From: Gammaproteobacteria bacterium
GTDB lineage: Bacteria; Pseudomonadota; Gammaproteobacteria; Eutrophobiales; Eutrophobiaceae
Length of the DNA: 64,000 nt
Direction: 5' to 3'
Assembly: GCA_965238225.1 (NCBI GenBank)
Contig: OZ250183.1
Coordinates: 160,001 to 224,000, forward strand
The stretch's first letter is position 1; each line of letters begins with the position of its first letter. This document shows positions 10,538-21,865 of this stretch, piece after piece. A program made the position numbers and the translations under genes. A model generated the notes under the pieces. That model was not told the DNA's origin. It saw only the letters and a list, made by a program, of their open reading frames with translations, and did not search any database.

Positions 10538-11760
10538 TGAGATTTCTGACTTTAGTCATTACTTCATTACTTCTGGCAGTGGGCATTGGCAGCTATGCCA
10601 AACATGATGCTGGACAGATGATAGTTACTATTTCTGGTTGGACGATACAAACAAGCTTCAGCTTTTTTATTATTTCAATCATTGTTTTATTTCTACTACT
10701 GCATTTTCTGTTACGTTTGTTAAGTTACCTCTGGAACATGCCAAGACAGTTCGGCAAATACAAACAAGACAAGCATAAACGATTATCTGAAAAATATTTG
10801 TCGCGTGGGTTAATGGCGCTGGTTGAGGGCGATTGGAATAAAGCAGAAATTTCTCTAACCAAGGGAGCGCTATATAGTCAATCGCCATTGGTTAATTATC
10901 TTGCTGCTGCTCGAGCTGCACAACAATTAGGTGCAGTGGATAGGCGAGATGATTATTTAATTCAGGCTCATAAAGATAGCCCCGATGCGGAAGTTACTAT
11001 TGGCCTAGTGCAAGCAGAGCTGCAAATCAAACAGCAACAATCAGAACAAGCACTGGCGACATTGACACATCTACATGATCAAAAACTAAAACAGGATCAA
11101 GTCAAAAAAATGTTGTTGCATACCTATGTCAAACTCAAGGATTGGAAGGCAATACTGGAATTATTACCAAAAATAAAGCGTGGAGGTATTTTGTCTAGCG
11201 AGCAAATTCATGTAAAAAAATTGGAAGCCTATGGCGGCTTGTTAAAACAGATAGGCGAGGAAGAGGATAAAAAAAAATTAAATAATATCTGGTTCAATAT
11301 ACCCAGAAAATTACGTACTGAATTTTACTTGATTGAAGTTTACACAAAAGAAAAATTGAAACTTTCTGATACAGCAGACTGCGAACCTTTGATTCGCAAA
11401 GCATTAAAAAAACATTGGGACGTTGCATTACTTAATCTATATGGTTTAGTTGAAGGCAAAGATATAGCAAAACAATTAAAATTTTCTGAAAAATTTTTAT
11501 CCAATCATGCAAGAGAGCCCATTTTATTATTATCATTAGGCAGATTGAGCATTAAAAATAAACTGTGGGGTAAGGCAAAAACTTATCTGGAAGAGAGCAT
11601 CGATATCAAGCCAATTCCAGAAGCCTACCGGATATTGGCCTATGCACTAGATAAGCTAGGCGATGATAGGGCGACGGTTCAATATCAAAAGGGCCTAGAG
11701 CTGGCAACGGAATCATTAAGTGTGACTGATGTTAAATTGCTTGCAAGTAGTGTCAAATAA
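10537..11760 (+). CDS. hemY: HemY (TPR membrane protein)
   Basis: Two N-terminal TM segments, GLMALVEGDWNKAE, AARAAQQLG, LGRLSIKNKLWGKAKTYLE. Confidence 0.88.
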   Translation: MRFLTLVITSLLLAVGIGSYAKHDAGQMIVTISGWTIQTSFSFFIISIIVLFLLLHFLLRLLSYLWNMPRQFGKYKQDKHKRLSEKYLSRGLMALVEGDWNKAEISLTKGALYSQSPLVNYLAAARAAQQLGAVDRRDDYLIQAHKDSPDAEVTIGLVQAELQIKQQQSEQALATLTHLHDQKLKQDQVKKMLLHTYVKLKDWKAILELLPKIKRGGILSSEQIHVKKLEAYGGLLKQIGEEEDKKKLNNIWFNIPRKLRTEFYLIEVYTKEKLKLSDTADCEPLIRKALKKHWDVALLNLYGLVEGKDIAKQLKFSEKFLSNHAREPILLLSLGRLSIKNKLWGKAKTYLEESIDIKPIPEAYRILAYALDKLGDDRATVQYQKGLELATESLSVTDVKLLASSVK

Positions 11761-11985
11761 AGGATGTAAACTAGGGTAGGTTTTGTCCTTTAACGGCATA
11801 AACTACCTCTATGCTCCACTTTTAAACTTAAGTCGCCTCACCACTGACGAAGAAAAACGCTAAACCGAGAGCACTTTCCAAGTATTCTCATATATAATGT
11901 GGGGTTCGCCCCTTGATTAGCTTATTAAATATACCATTATTTATGATATTTGATACAAATTCGTAAAAAGTACTAATAGACACAA

Positions 11986-13728
11986 ATGACACAAACAGCA
12001 TTAGTCTCAGAAAATATAAGCTCGGAGAAAACCAACAATATTCCCGCAGCACAGATAGATATGTCTAATCATATCTCTCATCGTGTTTTAGGTTCATGGA
12101 CTGGCGATCACTCCAAACTTATTAAAGATGACCAAGCGATTCATCTCGCCATTTGTAATTTAAACCAGCCCGTGTATGTCGTTTGGAGTCAAAATCAAAA
12201 ATACATTGTTGCCAGTCAAGGTCAGGCGATTATTGGTCAAGAAAACTGCCAGAAAATTGAAAAAAACATTGCAACAGATAGCTTATTACCATTAATGGGG
12301 TTTTCTGCCGCCTACTCACCCAGACAATTAGGTGACATTAGTTTTTGTGAAGATCATAATCTGCGCTTTCCGTACATGTGTGGTGCCATGGCCAATGGTA
12401 TTGCCTCTATTGAGGTAGTTGAAGCAGCATCCAATGCTGGATTTTTAGGGTCTTTCGGTGCTGCTGGTCTAACACTTACTGAAATTGAAAAAGCCGCAGA
12501 CCATCTAACGAACTCATTGGGTTCTAAACCATTCTGTTTCAATTTAATTTTCTCACCCAATGAAAAAGGACATGAAGATGCAGTAGTTTCACTCTACATC
12601 AAATATGGCATTCGCCTCATAGAGGCCTCCGCCTATATGAAACTGACCTTGCCTACAATTCGTTATCGAGTACATGGTATATATAGAAATGCAAATGGCA
12701 AAATAAAAACACCGAATCGAATTATCGCCAAAACCTCGCGTATTGAAATTGCAGAAAAATGGTTCTCCCCACCACCGGAAAAAATGCTGGCAGAGCTTAT
12801 TTCCTCTGGAGATATTAGTGAAGAACAAGCAGTGCTGGCAAAAAAAATTCCTATGGCACAAGATATTACCGTTGAGGCAGATTCTGGTGGACACACGGAT
12901 AACCGGCCTGCAATTACTCTACTACCCACCATCATTACTTTGCGTGATCGTTGTCAGAAAAAATTTAATTACTCCGTGCCATTAAGAGTAGGTGCTGGCG
13001 GCGGCATTGCCACACCAACATCTGCTGCTGCTGCATTTTCTATGGGCGCGGCTTATGTTGTAACAGGGACTGTGAATCAGGCCTGTATAGAATCTGGCAG
13101 CAGTGATATTGCGCGACAAATGTTAGCTGACGCACAACAAGCCGATATCGCTATGGCGCCTGCGGTTGATATGTTTGAAATGGGCGTAAAATTACAAGTC
13201 TTAAAACGCGGCACCATGTTTGCTATGCGCGGTAATAAACTGTATGAACTCTATCGTACTTATGATTCTATTGATGCTATTCCAGAAAAAGAAAAGCAAT
13301 CTCTGGAAAAGATCATCTTTAAAGCACCATTAAATAATATTTGGCAACTGACACAAGATTTTTTCAACGAACGTGATCCAGAGCAAGTCATAAAAGCTGA
13401 ACGTGACGCAAAATATAAAATGGCTCTAATTTTTCGCTGGTATCTTGGACTCTCATCACGTTGGGCCAATGCCGGAGAAAAATCAAGGCAGGTGGATTAC
13501 CAAATCTGGTGCGGCCCATCTATGGGCGCTTTCAATGAATGGAGTAAAAACTCATGGTTAGCAGAGCCTGCCAATAGAACTATTGTGGCGGTTGCGATGA
13601 ATCTTATTTATGGTGCTGCCGTAATCACGCGCATCAATAATTTACGCAATCAGGGCGTAGAATTTTCAGACCAAGTAACGCATTTGGCACCACAAGAAGT
13701 TAACATGATTGAGAAAAATTTATCATAG
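11986..13728 (+). CDS. pfaD: PUFA synthase enoyl reductase PfaD
   Basis: GAMANGIAS, IEASAY, EADSGGHTDNRP, GAGGGIATP, DMFEMGVKLQVLKRGTMF, DYQIWCGPSMGAFNEW. Confidence 0.95.
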   Translation: MTQTALVSENISSEKTNNIPAAQIDMSNHISHRVLGSWTGDHSKLIKDDQAIHLAICNLNQPVYVVWSQNQKYIVASQGQAIIGQENCQKIEKNIATDSLLPLMGFSAAYSPRQLGDISFCEDHNLRFPYMCGAMANGIASIEVVEAASNAGFLGSFGAAGLTLTEIEKAADHLTNSLGSKPFCFNLIFSPNEKGHEDAVVSLYIKYGIRLIEASAYMKLTLPTIRYRVHGIYRNANGKIKTPNRIIAKTSRIEIAEKWFSPPPEKMLAELISSGDISEEQAVLAKKIPMAQDITVEADSGGHTDNRPAITLLPTIITLRDRCQKKFNYSVPLRVGAGGGIATPTSAAAAFSMGAAYVVTGTVNQACIESGSSDIARQMLADAQQADIAMAPAVDMFEMGVKLQVLKRGTMFAMRGNKLYELYRTYDSIDAIPEKEKQSLEKIIFKAPLNNIWQLTQDFFNERDPEQVIKAERDAKYKMALIFRWYLGLSSRWANAGEKSRQVDYQIWCGPSMGAFNEWSKNSWLAEPANRTIVAVAMNLIYGAAVITRINNLRNQGVEFSDQVTHLAPQEVNMIEKNLS

Positions 13729-13744
13729 CCCGTGTCACGTTACT

Positions 13745-16700
13745 ATGAACAAGAAACAGAATTATAAAAAAGATATATCTTTTCGGGCTTCATCGCCTTT
13801 GGCCATTATAGGTATTGGCTGTCTTTTTCCTAAGGCAGGTAACGTTGATGAGTATTGGTCGAATATTCGCGAAGGTGTCGATGCCATCACCGACATTCCT
13901 GAATCACACTGGAATCCTGAAGATTATTTTGATACGAATCAAAAAACACCAGACATGACTTACGCGCGTCGTGGCGGATTTATTGATCCGGTTGATTTCA
14001 ACCCTTTGCAATATGGTATGAGCCCAAACAATATTGAAGCCACCGACACCACGCAGCTACTCGGTATGGTGGTTGCTAGGCAGGCATTGCTGGATGCGGG
14101 TTATTCCACCGGTGAAGATGCTGGAGATGGGAGAGACTTTGACAGAGATCGTACCAGCGTCATCATGGGCGTTACTGGCACATTAGAGCTGGTCATTCCG
14201 CTAGGCGCCAGACTGGGTCACCCAATCTGGCGACAGGCACTGGTCGATGCTGGCGTTGACTCAGAAACAACAGAAGATGTCATCCAACGAATCTCAGACA
14301 GCTATGTGCCATGGCAGGAAAACTCATTCCCGGGTTTATTGGGTAATGTCTCTGCTGGGCGTATTGCAAATCGATTTAATCTAGGCGGAACCAACTGTGT
14401 TGTTGATGCCGCATGCGCAAGTTCATTAAGCGCTATTCATATGGCGTCGTTGGAACTCGCTAGTGGTCGTTCTGATATGGCTATTGCTGGCGGACTGGAT
14501 ACATTCAACGATATTTTCATGTATATGTGTTTCAGCAAAACACCAGCACTCTCGCCAACGGGAAATAGTCGACCTTTCGCCCTCGGCGGTGATGGCACCA
14601 TCATCGGCGAGGGCATGGGCGTTATTATATTAAAACGTCTTGATGATGCTGCACGAGATAATGATCATATCTATGCAGTGATTAAGGGTATTGGCACCTC
14701 TAGTGATGGTCGTGGCAATGCTATCTATGCCCCAAATATTGTAGGCCAAACCAAAGCATTGAAAGATGCCTATGCGCAAGCGAGTATCACACCTGATTCA
14801 ATTGAACTCATAGAGGCTCATGGAACAGGAACCTCTGTGGGTGATGCAGTAGAGGTCGAAGCTCTGGAAAATGTTTATCGGCAAGCAAACGAGGATGCCG
14901 CTTGGTGCGCTCTTGGTTCTGTAAAATCCATGATTGGTCATACTAAGTCTGCAGCAGGTATTGCTGGCATGATAAAAGCGGTTATGGCATTAAAACACAA
15001 GGTATTACCACCCACCATTAAAGTCGATCAACCGCTTGAATCATTAATGCCCGGCAAATCGCCGATGTATGTCAATACTATCAAACGTCCCTGGGTTGCC
15101 AACGAATCACATCCGCGACGCGCAGCACTAAGCGCCTTTGGGTTTGGTGGCAGTAATTTTCATTGTGTGCTGGAAGAAGCTGAAAACGATGACGCAAAGA
15201 TATGTTGGGATGGCCATGTATTGCTGTTTGCCTTCAGTGCGGATGTAAAAGAAGAACTTAGCAATAAACTTACAAACATTGACATAAATAATTCATGGTC
15301 AGAACACCGCGCCTTTGCTGCAAAATCTTGTGCAGAGTTTGATGCGAAAAAAACATATCGCCTGACATTCATTATCGAAAAAAATAAAACAGACATACAA
15401 GCTTTAATTCAAAATGCCATAAAAATGCTGGCAGAAAATAATGGTCAAGATTTCTGGAAATTGCCTATTGGGGTTAGTTATGCCTGTGGTTCACATCAGC
15501 ATAAAATCGGACTGTTGTTTCCAGGACAAGGAACACAATATGTCGGCATGCTGCGCGATCTTGCATGTCAATTCCCACAGTTTAATACCATCTTGAATAC
15601 AGCAAATACTGTAAAAGGCGAAAACAAACACGGCACAAGACTCAGTGATGCTATTTATCCTGTACCTGCATTCTCGGATGGAGCACGTCAAGAACAAGAA
15701 GAATTTTTACGTGACACACGAAATGCTCAGCCATCTATTGGTGCCGTTAGTTTGTCTGGCTTGCGCATACTTGAGGCGTTTGGTTTCAAAGCAGACATAA
15801 CCGCCGGGCACAGTTATGGAGAGCTTGTTGCATTATGCGCTGCTGGCGTCTTTGACGAGAAGGCACTGCATCAACTGTCTTTGTTGCGCGGTGAATTAAT
15901 GGCTGAAAATCAAGACGATCGTGGTTCTATGTTGGCAATCTCAGCCTGCCTAGAAACGGTAGAAAAATTTATTAAAGATGAAAAACTTGATTTGGTAATT
16001 GCCAATCATAATGCACCAAAACAAATTGTCGTATCTGGCGCTACTAATCAAATTGAAAAAGCCTCAGGCCTTTGTAAGCAACAAAAATTGCGCGCCACTC
16101 AATTACCAGTTGCCGCTGCATTTCACAGTAAATTCGTCGCTAGTGCCGAAGCACCTTTTGCTGCAGCACTTGCGAAGATTAAATTAAACCAAGGCACCAT
16201 ACCAGTTCTATCTAATACAACAGCTAATGAATATTCAGATGATGAAGATGATATTCGTCAAATGCTCAAAGGTCAGATGACTGCCCCAGTCAAATTTGTC
16301 AAACAAATAGAAAAAATGGAAACATTCGGCGTTCGTACCTTTGTTGAAGTTGGCCCAGGAAACAGTTTGAGTGGTTTAGTTCAGTCTATTTTGGATAAAA
16401 AACATTTTCAAGTATTGTCATTGGATGCTTCTTCTGGAAAAAGACATGGTCAGTATGATCTTGCCAACTTACTGACAAGTCTTGCAGTTTTGGACAAAGG
16501 AATTGATCTTTCGTTATGGGATGCTGGTTATCTTGATTCACTTAACGCCACAGAAAATGAAAATTCAGGATCTAAAAAACCAGTCATGACCATGCCTTTA
16601 TCCGGTGCGAACTATGTCATGCCGAGAGAAAAACGTCCGGCAAAACCTAAACAAGTGACCACGCAAAAAATACAACGACAAGTCTCGGATATAAAGCCAG

Positions 16701-19700
16701 ATATGAATCAATCTGATTTAAATCAATTCAATTTAAATAAACCCGCTTTTAAACAACAAGCAATAACCGTGCAAAGTCAAGATACACTACGTGCAACTCA
16801 GGAAAGTATTATTGCCCTACAAAAGATGCAAGAACAAACAGCTAAATTGCATCGACAATATCTGCAAGGACAAGAGATAGCCCAACAAACCATTACGCAA
16901 CTATTACTTCAACAACAGGCATTACTCGGCATTAACACACAAAATGTTTCTACGTCTTCTAACATACAAGAACCCAACGTGCAGTCAAAATCATTTACGC
17001 CTGTTCAGCTTGAACCGGATGCACCTATGATGCCAAAAACTGTTAAGCAAGGCATGTCTCAAAACATACCTGTAGCAGAAATTATAGAAACCGAAAAAGC
17101 TGCCGATGCCAATAAAGAAGTGAACAGTATTTTATTAGATGTTGTTGCAGAAAAAACAGGCTACCCGCTAGAGATGCTAAGCCTAGATATGAGCTTGGAT
17201 ACCGACCTTGGTATTGATTCAATCAAACGTGTAGAAATATTGTCTGCATTACAAGAGAAGCTGCCTAGCGCACCGGCAATCAAACCAGAAGAGTTGGGCA
17301 CCTTTCAGCTACTTGAAAATATTGTTGATTTTCTTGTCTCGACCATGCCAAAGACAGCAGTGCCAAACTTGGTGATTTCAGAGAATGTGCCTGCTGTTTT
17401 GCCTGCCACACCTGTATTAAATGAAGCATTAAACAGCATTTTACTTAAAGTCGTTGCTGAGAAAACAGGCTATCCAAAAGAAATGTTGGGTCTTGAAATG
17501 AGCTTAGATACTGATCTTGGCATCGACTCAATAAAACGTGTAGAAATTTTCTCTGCCTTGCAAGAACAAATACCAAAAACGGCGATGATTAGCCCAGAAA
17601 ACTTAGGCAATCTACAAACATTGCAACAGATAGCCGACTTTCTCTCTACAGAAAGCACTGCTATTCGCGTGAGAGACACAACGATACATGTCTCTAAAGA
17701 TAACTCAAAACTCGCTGAAATTATGCTGGATATTGTTGCAGAACAAACAGGTTACCCGGTTGATATGCTCAACCTTGATATGAATCTGGAAGCTGATCTC
17801 GGTATTGATTCTATAAAACGTGTAGAAATTTTATCTAGGTTTCAAGAACGCATGCCCGAAATCCCTGCAGTAAAGCCAGAAGATCTAGGGACGTTGCAAA
17901 CACTGCAACAAATTGTCGATCATATATTAAAGTCAACTAAAAACGCATCGCTTGAACCTGAACCGTATACAAAAGATGCGCTTGAGGGGAATCAGGAGAT
18001 ATCTTCTAAAACAATAAACACCATAGAAAGACAGATTTTATCTGTGAGTTTATTCACAGAGCAACAAAAACTAATCTCTCTGGGAAAAGGCGCAACCGTC
18101 TGGGTTACCGAAGAAGAAACAAAGCTTACTCAAGCAATCTGTAAATCACTAAAACAAAAAGGTCTAAATCCTGAAATTGTCTCATTGGATGCCACACCTG
18201 ATAAAGAAATTGCGGGCTTGATTATTTTGACGCCAGCGAATCCCGAACAAACATTTATGCGAGATAGCTTTAAGCTCGTTCAACGCATTAGTAAACCATT
18301 ACGTGCAACAGCTGAATCAAATGCAGCGATACTGGCAAGCGTTACCAAGCTTGGCGGTCAGTTTGGTTTAAATGGTGTCGGCGATGTTTGCCCCGTTTCT
18401 GGTGGTATCGCGGGTTTAATTAAAACAGCAGATAAAGAATGGCCAGAAATTTTTTGCAAAGTCATTGATATTGAAAACAGCGGCAGCAAACAACTGGCAA
18501 GCAACATTGTTAATGAATGTTTATCAGAAGGGCCGCTTGAAGTAGGGCTATTGGGGGGCAAACGCTTTACACCTGAGCTCAACACAACTTGGATTGATAA
18601 AACAAATAAAGCCAACACGTTGAATTCAAAAGATGTGGTGGTGGTCACAGGCGGTGCACGCGGTGTCACAGCAGAAGTAGCATTGGCTCTGGCAGAAACT
18701 TATCAAACAAATTTACTGTTATTAGGACGCAGCAAAAAACCAGATACTGAAGATGAATGGTTAAATGGTTTGAACACCGAAGCCGATATCAAAAAAGCCA
18801 TCCTTGTAAAAGAAAATCAAGGAATGAAACCAAAAGCATTAAACACTGCGTGTCAGAAAATTCTTGCCGCAAGAGAAATAAGATCAAATTTACAACGCAT
18901 CGAAGCAACGGGTGTAAAGGTTATATATCGTGCGGTTGATGTACAAGAAAAAGACAGCGTTATCGCGGCAATTAATGAAACACGGCAATCTCTTGGAACA
19001 ATAAGTGGCTTTGTTCACGGTGCTGGTGTGTTGGCAGATAAACTCATTGAAGATAAAACTGAAAAACAATTTTCAAACGTCTATGCAACCAAAGTAGCTG
19101 GACTTGATTCTTTACTCACTGCAACAGAAGACGATTCTTTAAAAATTATGGTGATGTTTTCTTCTTCAACAGGTCGTTTCGGTCGCAAAGGCCAGTGCGA
19201 TTATGCCTGTGCCAATGAAGTTTTGAATAAAGTCGCACAACAACAAGCAAATTTACGTGAAGACTGTCGTGTTGTTAGTGTCAATTGGGGACCATGGAAT
19301 GGTGGCATGGTCACACCTCAATTAAAGAAAATCTTTGAACGCGAGGGCATTAATGCAATTGATTTAAAAATAGGTGCTGAGTATTTGATGCAAGAGATTG
19401 CCTATGCAGGACCTGCTGAAGTGGTCGTACTTGGATCATTAACAAAAAACCCTGATATCATCAAAAAAAGCGTACCTAAAAAAGAACCAAGCACAACATC
19501 GGAAATTCCTGCTGCGAATGTGCGCATTGCATTTTCACGCACATTAAATGTAAGAGACCATGCCTTTTTGCAATCACATGTCATGAACGGTCGCGCGGTA
19601 TTGCCGGCTGTCATGATCATAGAATGGTTTGCGCACGGTGCTATGCACGATAACCCTACTCTTAGCTTTCATGGTTTCAGGAATTTTCAGGTCTACAAAG

Positions 19701-20368
19701 GTGCGACATTGGGTGTAGGTGAAAATATTTACCTGCAAATTCTCACAGGCGATATTTATCAAGAAGAAGACAAAGATATCATACCTGTTGAATTACGCAG
19801 TGGAAAAATTCTTCATGCCCGTGCAGAAGTTATTCTGACTGACTGCCAAATTAAAGCGGAAACAAGAAAAAATGAAATTGTATCCGGCAAATACTCACAA
19901 TCAAATAATGAAATTTATACCAGCGGTAGATTATTCCACGGCAAGACCTTGCAAGGCATCATAGATATTGAAGCCTGTTCAGATACTGGCATTTCGGCAA
20001 AGGCAAAAAGCGCAACAACACCAAAAACATGGATGAAAAATCCCATACGCTCCTCATGGCTTGCCGACCCACTGGTATTGGATGGTAGTTTTCAATTGAT
20101 GATCTTATGGTGCTTTGAGCAATTTGGCGCAGGATCGCTACCCACTGCTATTGGCACATACCGACAATTTCAAAAATCTTTCCCGAAAGAAGGCTGCAAG
20201 ATTAATATCAATGTCATAAGCCACACAAAACATCGTGCACTGGCAAACATAGAGTTTATTGATATAAACAATCAGCTTATCGCAAGGCTGGATAATTATG
20301 AATGTGTGGTTGATGCATCACTACAAAAAGCCTTCGCCAATAATAAATTACAGTGTACTACTGTATAG
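13745..20368 (+). CDS. pfaA: PUFA synthase PfaA: KS-MAT-3xACP-KR-DH
   Basis: KS motifs DAACASS, EAHGTGT, GHTKS; AT GHSYG; three ACPs with LGIDSIKRVEI; KR VTGGARGVT...YACANE; DH HAFLQSHVMNGRAVLP. Start placed at ATG 13745. Confidence 0.95.
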   Translation: MNKKQNYKKDISFRASSPLAIIGIGCLFPKAGNVDEYWSNIREGVDAITDIPESHWNPEDYFDTNQKTPDMTYARRGGFIDPVDFNPLQYGMSPNNIEATDTTQLLGMVVARQALLDAGYSTGEDAGDGRDFDRDRTSVIMGVTGTLELVIPLGARLGHPIWRQALVDAGVDSETTEDVIQRISDSYVPWQENSFPGLLGNVSAGRIANRFNLGGTNCVVDAACASSLSAIHMASLELASGRSDMAIAGGLDTFNDIFMYMCFSKTPALSPTGNSRPFALGGDGTIIGEGMGVIILKRLDDAARDNDHIYAVIKGIGTSSDGRGNAIYAPNIVGQTKALKDAYAQASITPDSIELIEAHGTGTSVGDAVEVEALENVYRQANEDAAWCALGSVKSMIGHTKSAAGIAGMIKAVMALKHKVLPPTIKVDQPLESLMPGKSPMYVNTIKRPWVANESHPRRAALSAFGFGGSNFHCVLEEAENDDAKICWDGHVLLFAFSADVKEELSNKLTNIDINNSWSEHRAFAAKSCAEFDAKKTYRLTFIIEKNKTDIQALIQNAIKMLAENNGQDFWKLPIGVSYACGSHQHKIGLLFPGQGTQYVGMLRDLACQFPQFNTILNTANTVKGENKHGTRLSDAIYPVPAFSDGARQEQEEFLRDTRNAQPSIGAVSLSGLRILEAFGFKADITAGHSYGELVALCAAGVFDEKALHQLSLLRGELMAENQDDRGSMLAISACLETVEKFIKDEKLDLVIANHNAPKQIVVSGATNQIEKASGLCKQQKLRATQLPVAAAFHSKFVASAEAPFAAALAKIKLNQGTIPVLSNTTANEYSDDEDDIRQMLKGQMTAPVKFVKQIEKMETFGVRTFVEVGPGNSLSGLVQSILDKKHFQVLSLDASSGKRHGQYDLANLLTSLAVLDKGIDLSLWDAGYLDSLNATENENSGSKKPVMTMPLSGANYVMPREKRPAKPKQVTTQKIQRQVSDIKPDMNQSDLNQFNLNKPAFKQQAITVQSQDTLRATQESIIALQKMQEQTAKLHRQYLQGQEIAQQTITQLLLQQQALLGINTQNVSTSSNIQEPNVQSKSFTPVQLEPDAPMMPKTVKQGMSQNIPVAEIIETEKAADANKEVNSILLDVVAEKTGYPLEMLSLDMSLDTDLGIDSIKRVEILSALQEKLPSAPAIKPEELGTFQLLENIVDFLVSTMPKTAVPNLVISENVPAVLPATPVLNEALNSILLKVVAEKTGYPKEMLGLEMSLDTDLGIDSIKRVEIFSALQEQIPKTAMISPENLGNLQTLQQIADFLSTESTAIRVRDTTIHVSKDNSKLAEIMLDIVAEQTGYPVDMLNLDMNLEADLGIDSIKRVEILSRFQERMPEIPAVKPEDLGTLQTLQQIVDHILKSTKNASLEPEPYTKDALEGNQEISSKTINTIERQILSVSLFTEQQKLISLGKGATVWVTEEETKLTQAICKSLKQKGLNPEIVSLDATPDKEIAGLIILTPANPEQTFMRDSFKLVQRISKPLRATAESNAAILASVTKLGGQFGLNGVGDVCPVSGGIAGLIKTADKEWPEIFCKVIDIENSGSKQLASNIVNECLSEGPLEVGLLGGKRFTPELNTTWIDKTNKANTLNSKDVVVVTGGARGVTAEVALALAETYQTNLLLLGRSKKPDTEDEWLNGLNTEADIKKAILVKENQGMKPKALNTACQKILAAREIRSNLQRIEATGVKVIYRAVDVQEKDSVIAAINETRQSLGTISGFVHGAGVLADKLIEDKTEKQFSNVYATKVAGLDSLLTATEDDSLKIMVMFSSSTGRFGRKGQCDYACANEVLNKVAQQQANLREDCRVVSVNWGPWNGGMVTPQLKKIFEREGINAIDLKIGAEYLMQEIAYAGPAEVVVLGSLTKNPDIIKKSVPKKEPSTTSEIPAANVRIAFSRTLNVRDHAFLQSHVMNGRAVLPAVMIIEWFAHGAMHDNPTLSFHGFRNFQVYKGATLGVGENIYLQILTGDIYQEEDKDIIPVELRSGKILHARAEVILTDCQIKAETRKNEIVSGKYSQSNNEIYTSGRLFHGKTLQGIIDIEACSDTGISAKAKSATTPKTWMKNPIRSSWLADPLVLDGSFQLMILWCFEQFGAGSLPTAIGTYRQFQKSFPKEGCKININVISHTKHRALANIEFIDINNQLIARLDNYECVVDASLQKAFANNKLQCTTV
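20224..20363 (+). repeat. 140-bp direct repeat, copy 1 (3' end of pfaA)
   Basis: cacaaaacatcgtgcactgg...cagtgtactactg, identical to 21866-22005. Confidence 0.97.
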
Positions 20369-20420
20369 CTGATAAAATTTCATTTGAATCTATTTATTTC
20401 CTATCTATTTTAAAGAACAG

Positions 20421-21611
20421 CTATTTCAAAAAGGATTGAGACTTTGCTACTGGAAATTCCTTTATTTTTTTCATAAAGTCAGTTTCTGAAATTTCAGCAG
20501 GCCACTTAAGCCTCACAGAAATTATAATTTCATCATTTTCGTTTTTTACTATTTGGATTGCCCCAAGATACTCCAGGTTATTAATATCGCGGACAAATGC
20601 TATATTCTGATTTTTAAGGGATGAATAAAACGGTTTGGTTGCCGTAAATAATTCATCCAATTCTATTTCCTCACGATCTAATATTATGTTTGATATTTCA
20701 ACTTGCCGTCCGGCAACCACACGCTTTCTTTTTGTTTTAAGTCTTTCAAATAGATTACGCATAGTATTTTTAAAAAGAGCTTTTAAGATGTGTTTATTAA
20801 TTTCAGCAAACAGTTTTTTACATTGAATGGCAACCCCTTGTAGACCAAAAATTAGAAAAGGAGTGAGATTGTGCTCATCGGATCTTACTTTGGCAAGAAT
20901 GCTAAGATATTTACCTTTCTCATCATAATAATAATTCGACATTGCTATAAATGCTGAATCTCTTAAGCCAACTCTCTGAAGGAGTAACGCTTCTAGCGCA
21001 CGAGCAGTTCGCCCATTACCATCAAGAAATGGATGGATAGCAGCAAAATGATAATGTAATGCAAGTGCTCGAATTAAAGGATCATGATCAATAAATTCAT
21101 TTTGCGCAACACGAACTAAGTTAGCAAACATTGCATTGCATTGCTCCCCTCCCTGTGCACCTCTGTGAGGAGGGAAGCCAAAAGTCACATTATCATCCTT
21201 GCCTCGAATCTGCCCAGGAGGGCAATGATCATCATCTGCGCCAGTTACTATCCTACGGTGAATGTCGCGTATTAAATTAGCGTCGATAGGTTGGGCATCT
21301 TCTAGCGATGCGATCCATTGATAAGTATTTTTGGCAGCATGCGCCTGCTTTTGGGAATGCGTAGTAAAAAGTTCTTCTGGCGTTTCTGCCATGGCAAGCT
21401 CTAATTGAGTATCTTCAAAGACTGCACCTTCTATTCGAGATGTACCAGCAACTTCCATTTTAAGCTGTACCTCTTGCAATTTATCAACCCACTCTCTCTG
21501 ATAAGGGAGGGTTTTCAATGATTGAACCGCCGCTTTAGCAGCTATCAAATCATCAATCAGGGCTGCTTTGTTATATAAAAGCCAATCCTGAGGAGGTTTA
21601 TACTCAATCAT
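20421..21611 (-). CDS. Fic family protein (AMPylase-type) with N-terminal inhibitory motif
   Basis: Canonical HPFLDGNGRTAR motif; (S/T)xxxE(G/N) motif TSRIEG N-terminal to it; probable C-terminal winged-helix region. Confidence 0.92.
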   Translation of the reverse strand: MIEYKPPQDWLLYNKAALIDDLIAAKAAVQSLKTLPYQREWVDKLQEVQLKMEVAGTSRIEGAVFEDTQLELAMAETPEELFTTHSQKQAHAAKNTYQWIASLEDAQPIDANLIRDIHRRIVTGADDDHCPPGQIRGKDDNVTFGFPPHRGAQGGEQCNAMFANLVRVAQNEFIDHDPLIRALALHYHFAAIHPFLDGNGRTARALEALLLQRVGLRDSAFIAMSNYYYDEKGKYLSILAKVRSDEHNLTPFLIFGLQGVAIQCKKLFAEINKHILKALFKNTMRNLFERLKTKRKRVVAGRQVEISNIILDREEIELDELFTATKPFYSSLKNQNIAFVRDINNLEYLGAIQIVKNENDEIIISVRLKWPAEISETDFMKKIKEFPVAKSQSFLK

Positions 21612-21865
21612 TTTTTCAGTCTATTTTAGTTTCATTTTATTGTCAAAAAAGATATTAATAATATAAATATCTGTTTTTATTAATATTTTATATAAATAAG
21701 ATAGAATATTTTAATTTCATTTTTAATTGATATATATTCTAATTGACACAGAAACATAAGAGACTCAGTAAGATTTTTCATTTATCCTTAGCCCTTGCCA
21801 AATTATTTAAACGACTTTCTTAATAGTGCATACCGAGAAAGGGAGTAGGTAATGGAAGGCAAATG

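Noticed and set aside
11895-11915. ggggttcgcccc hairpin as a possible tRNA fragment or att site before pfaD
   Set aside because: No cloverleaf, T-arm context or CCA end; too short to support a call.
17130-17930. Three similar DNA segments inside pfaA
   Set aside because: These are the expected tandem ACP domains of a PUFA synthase.
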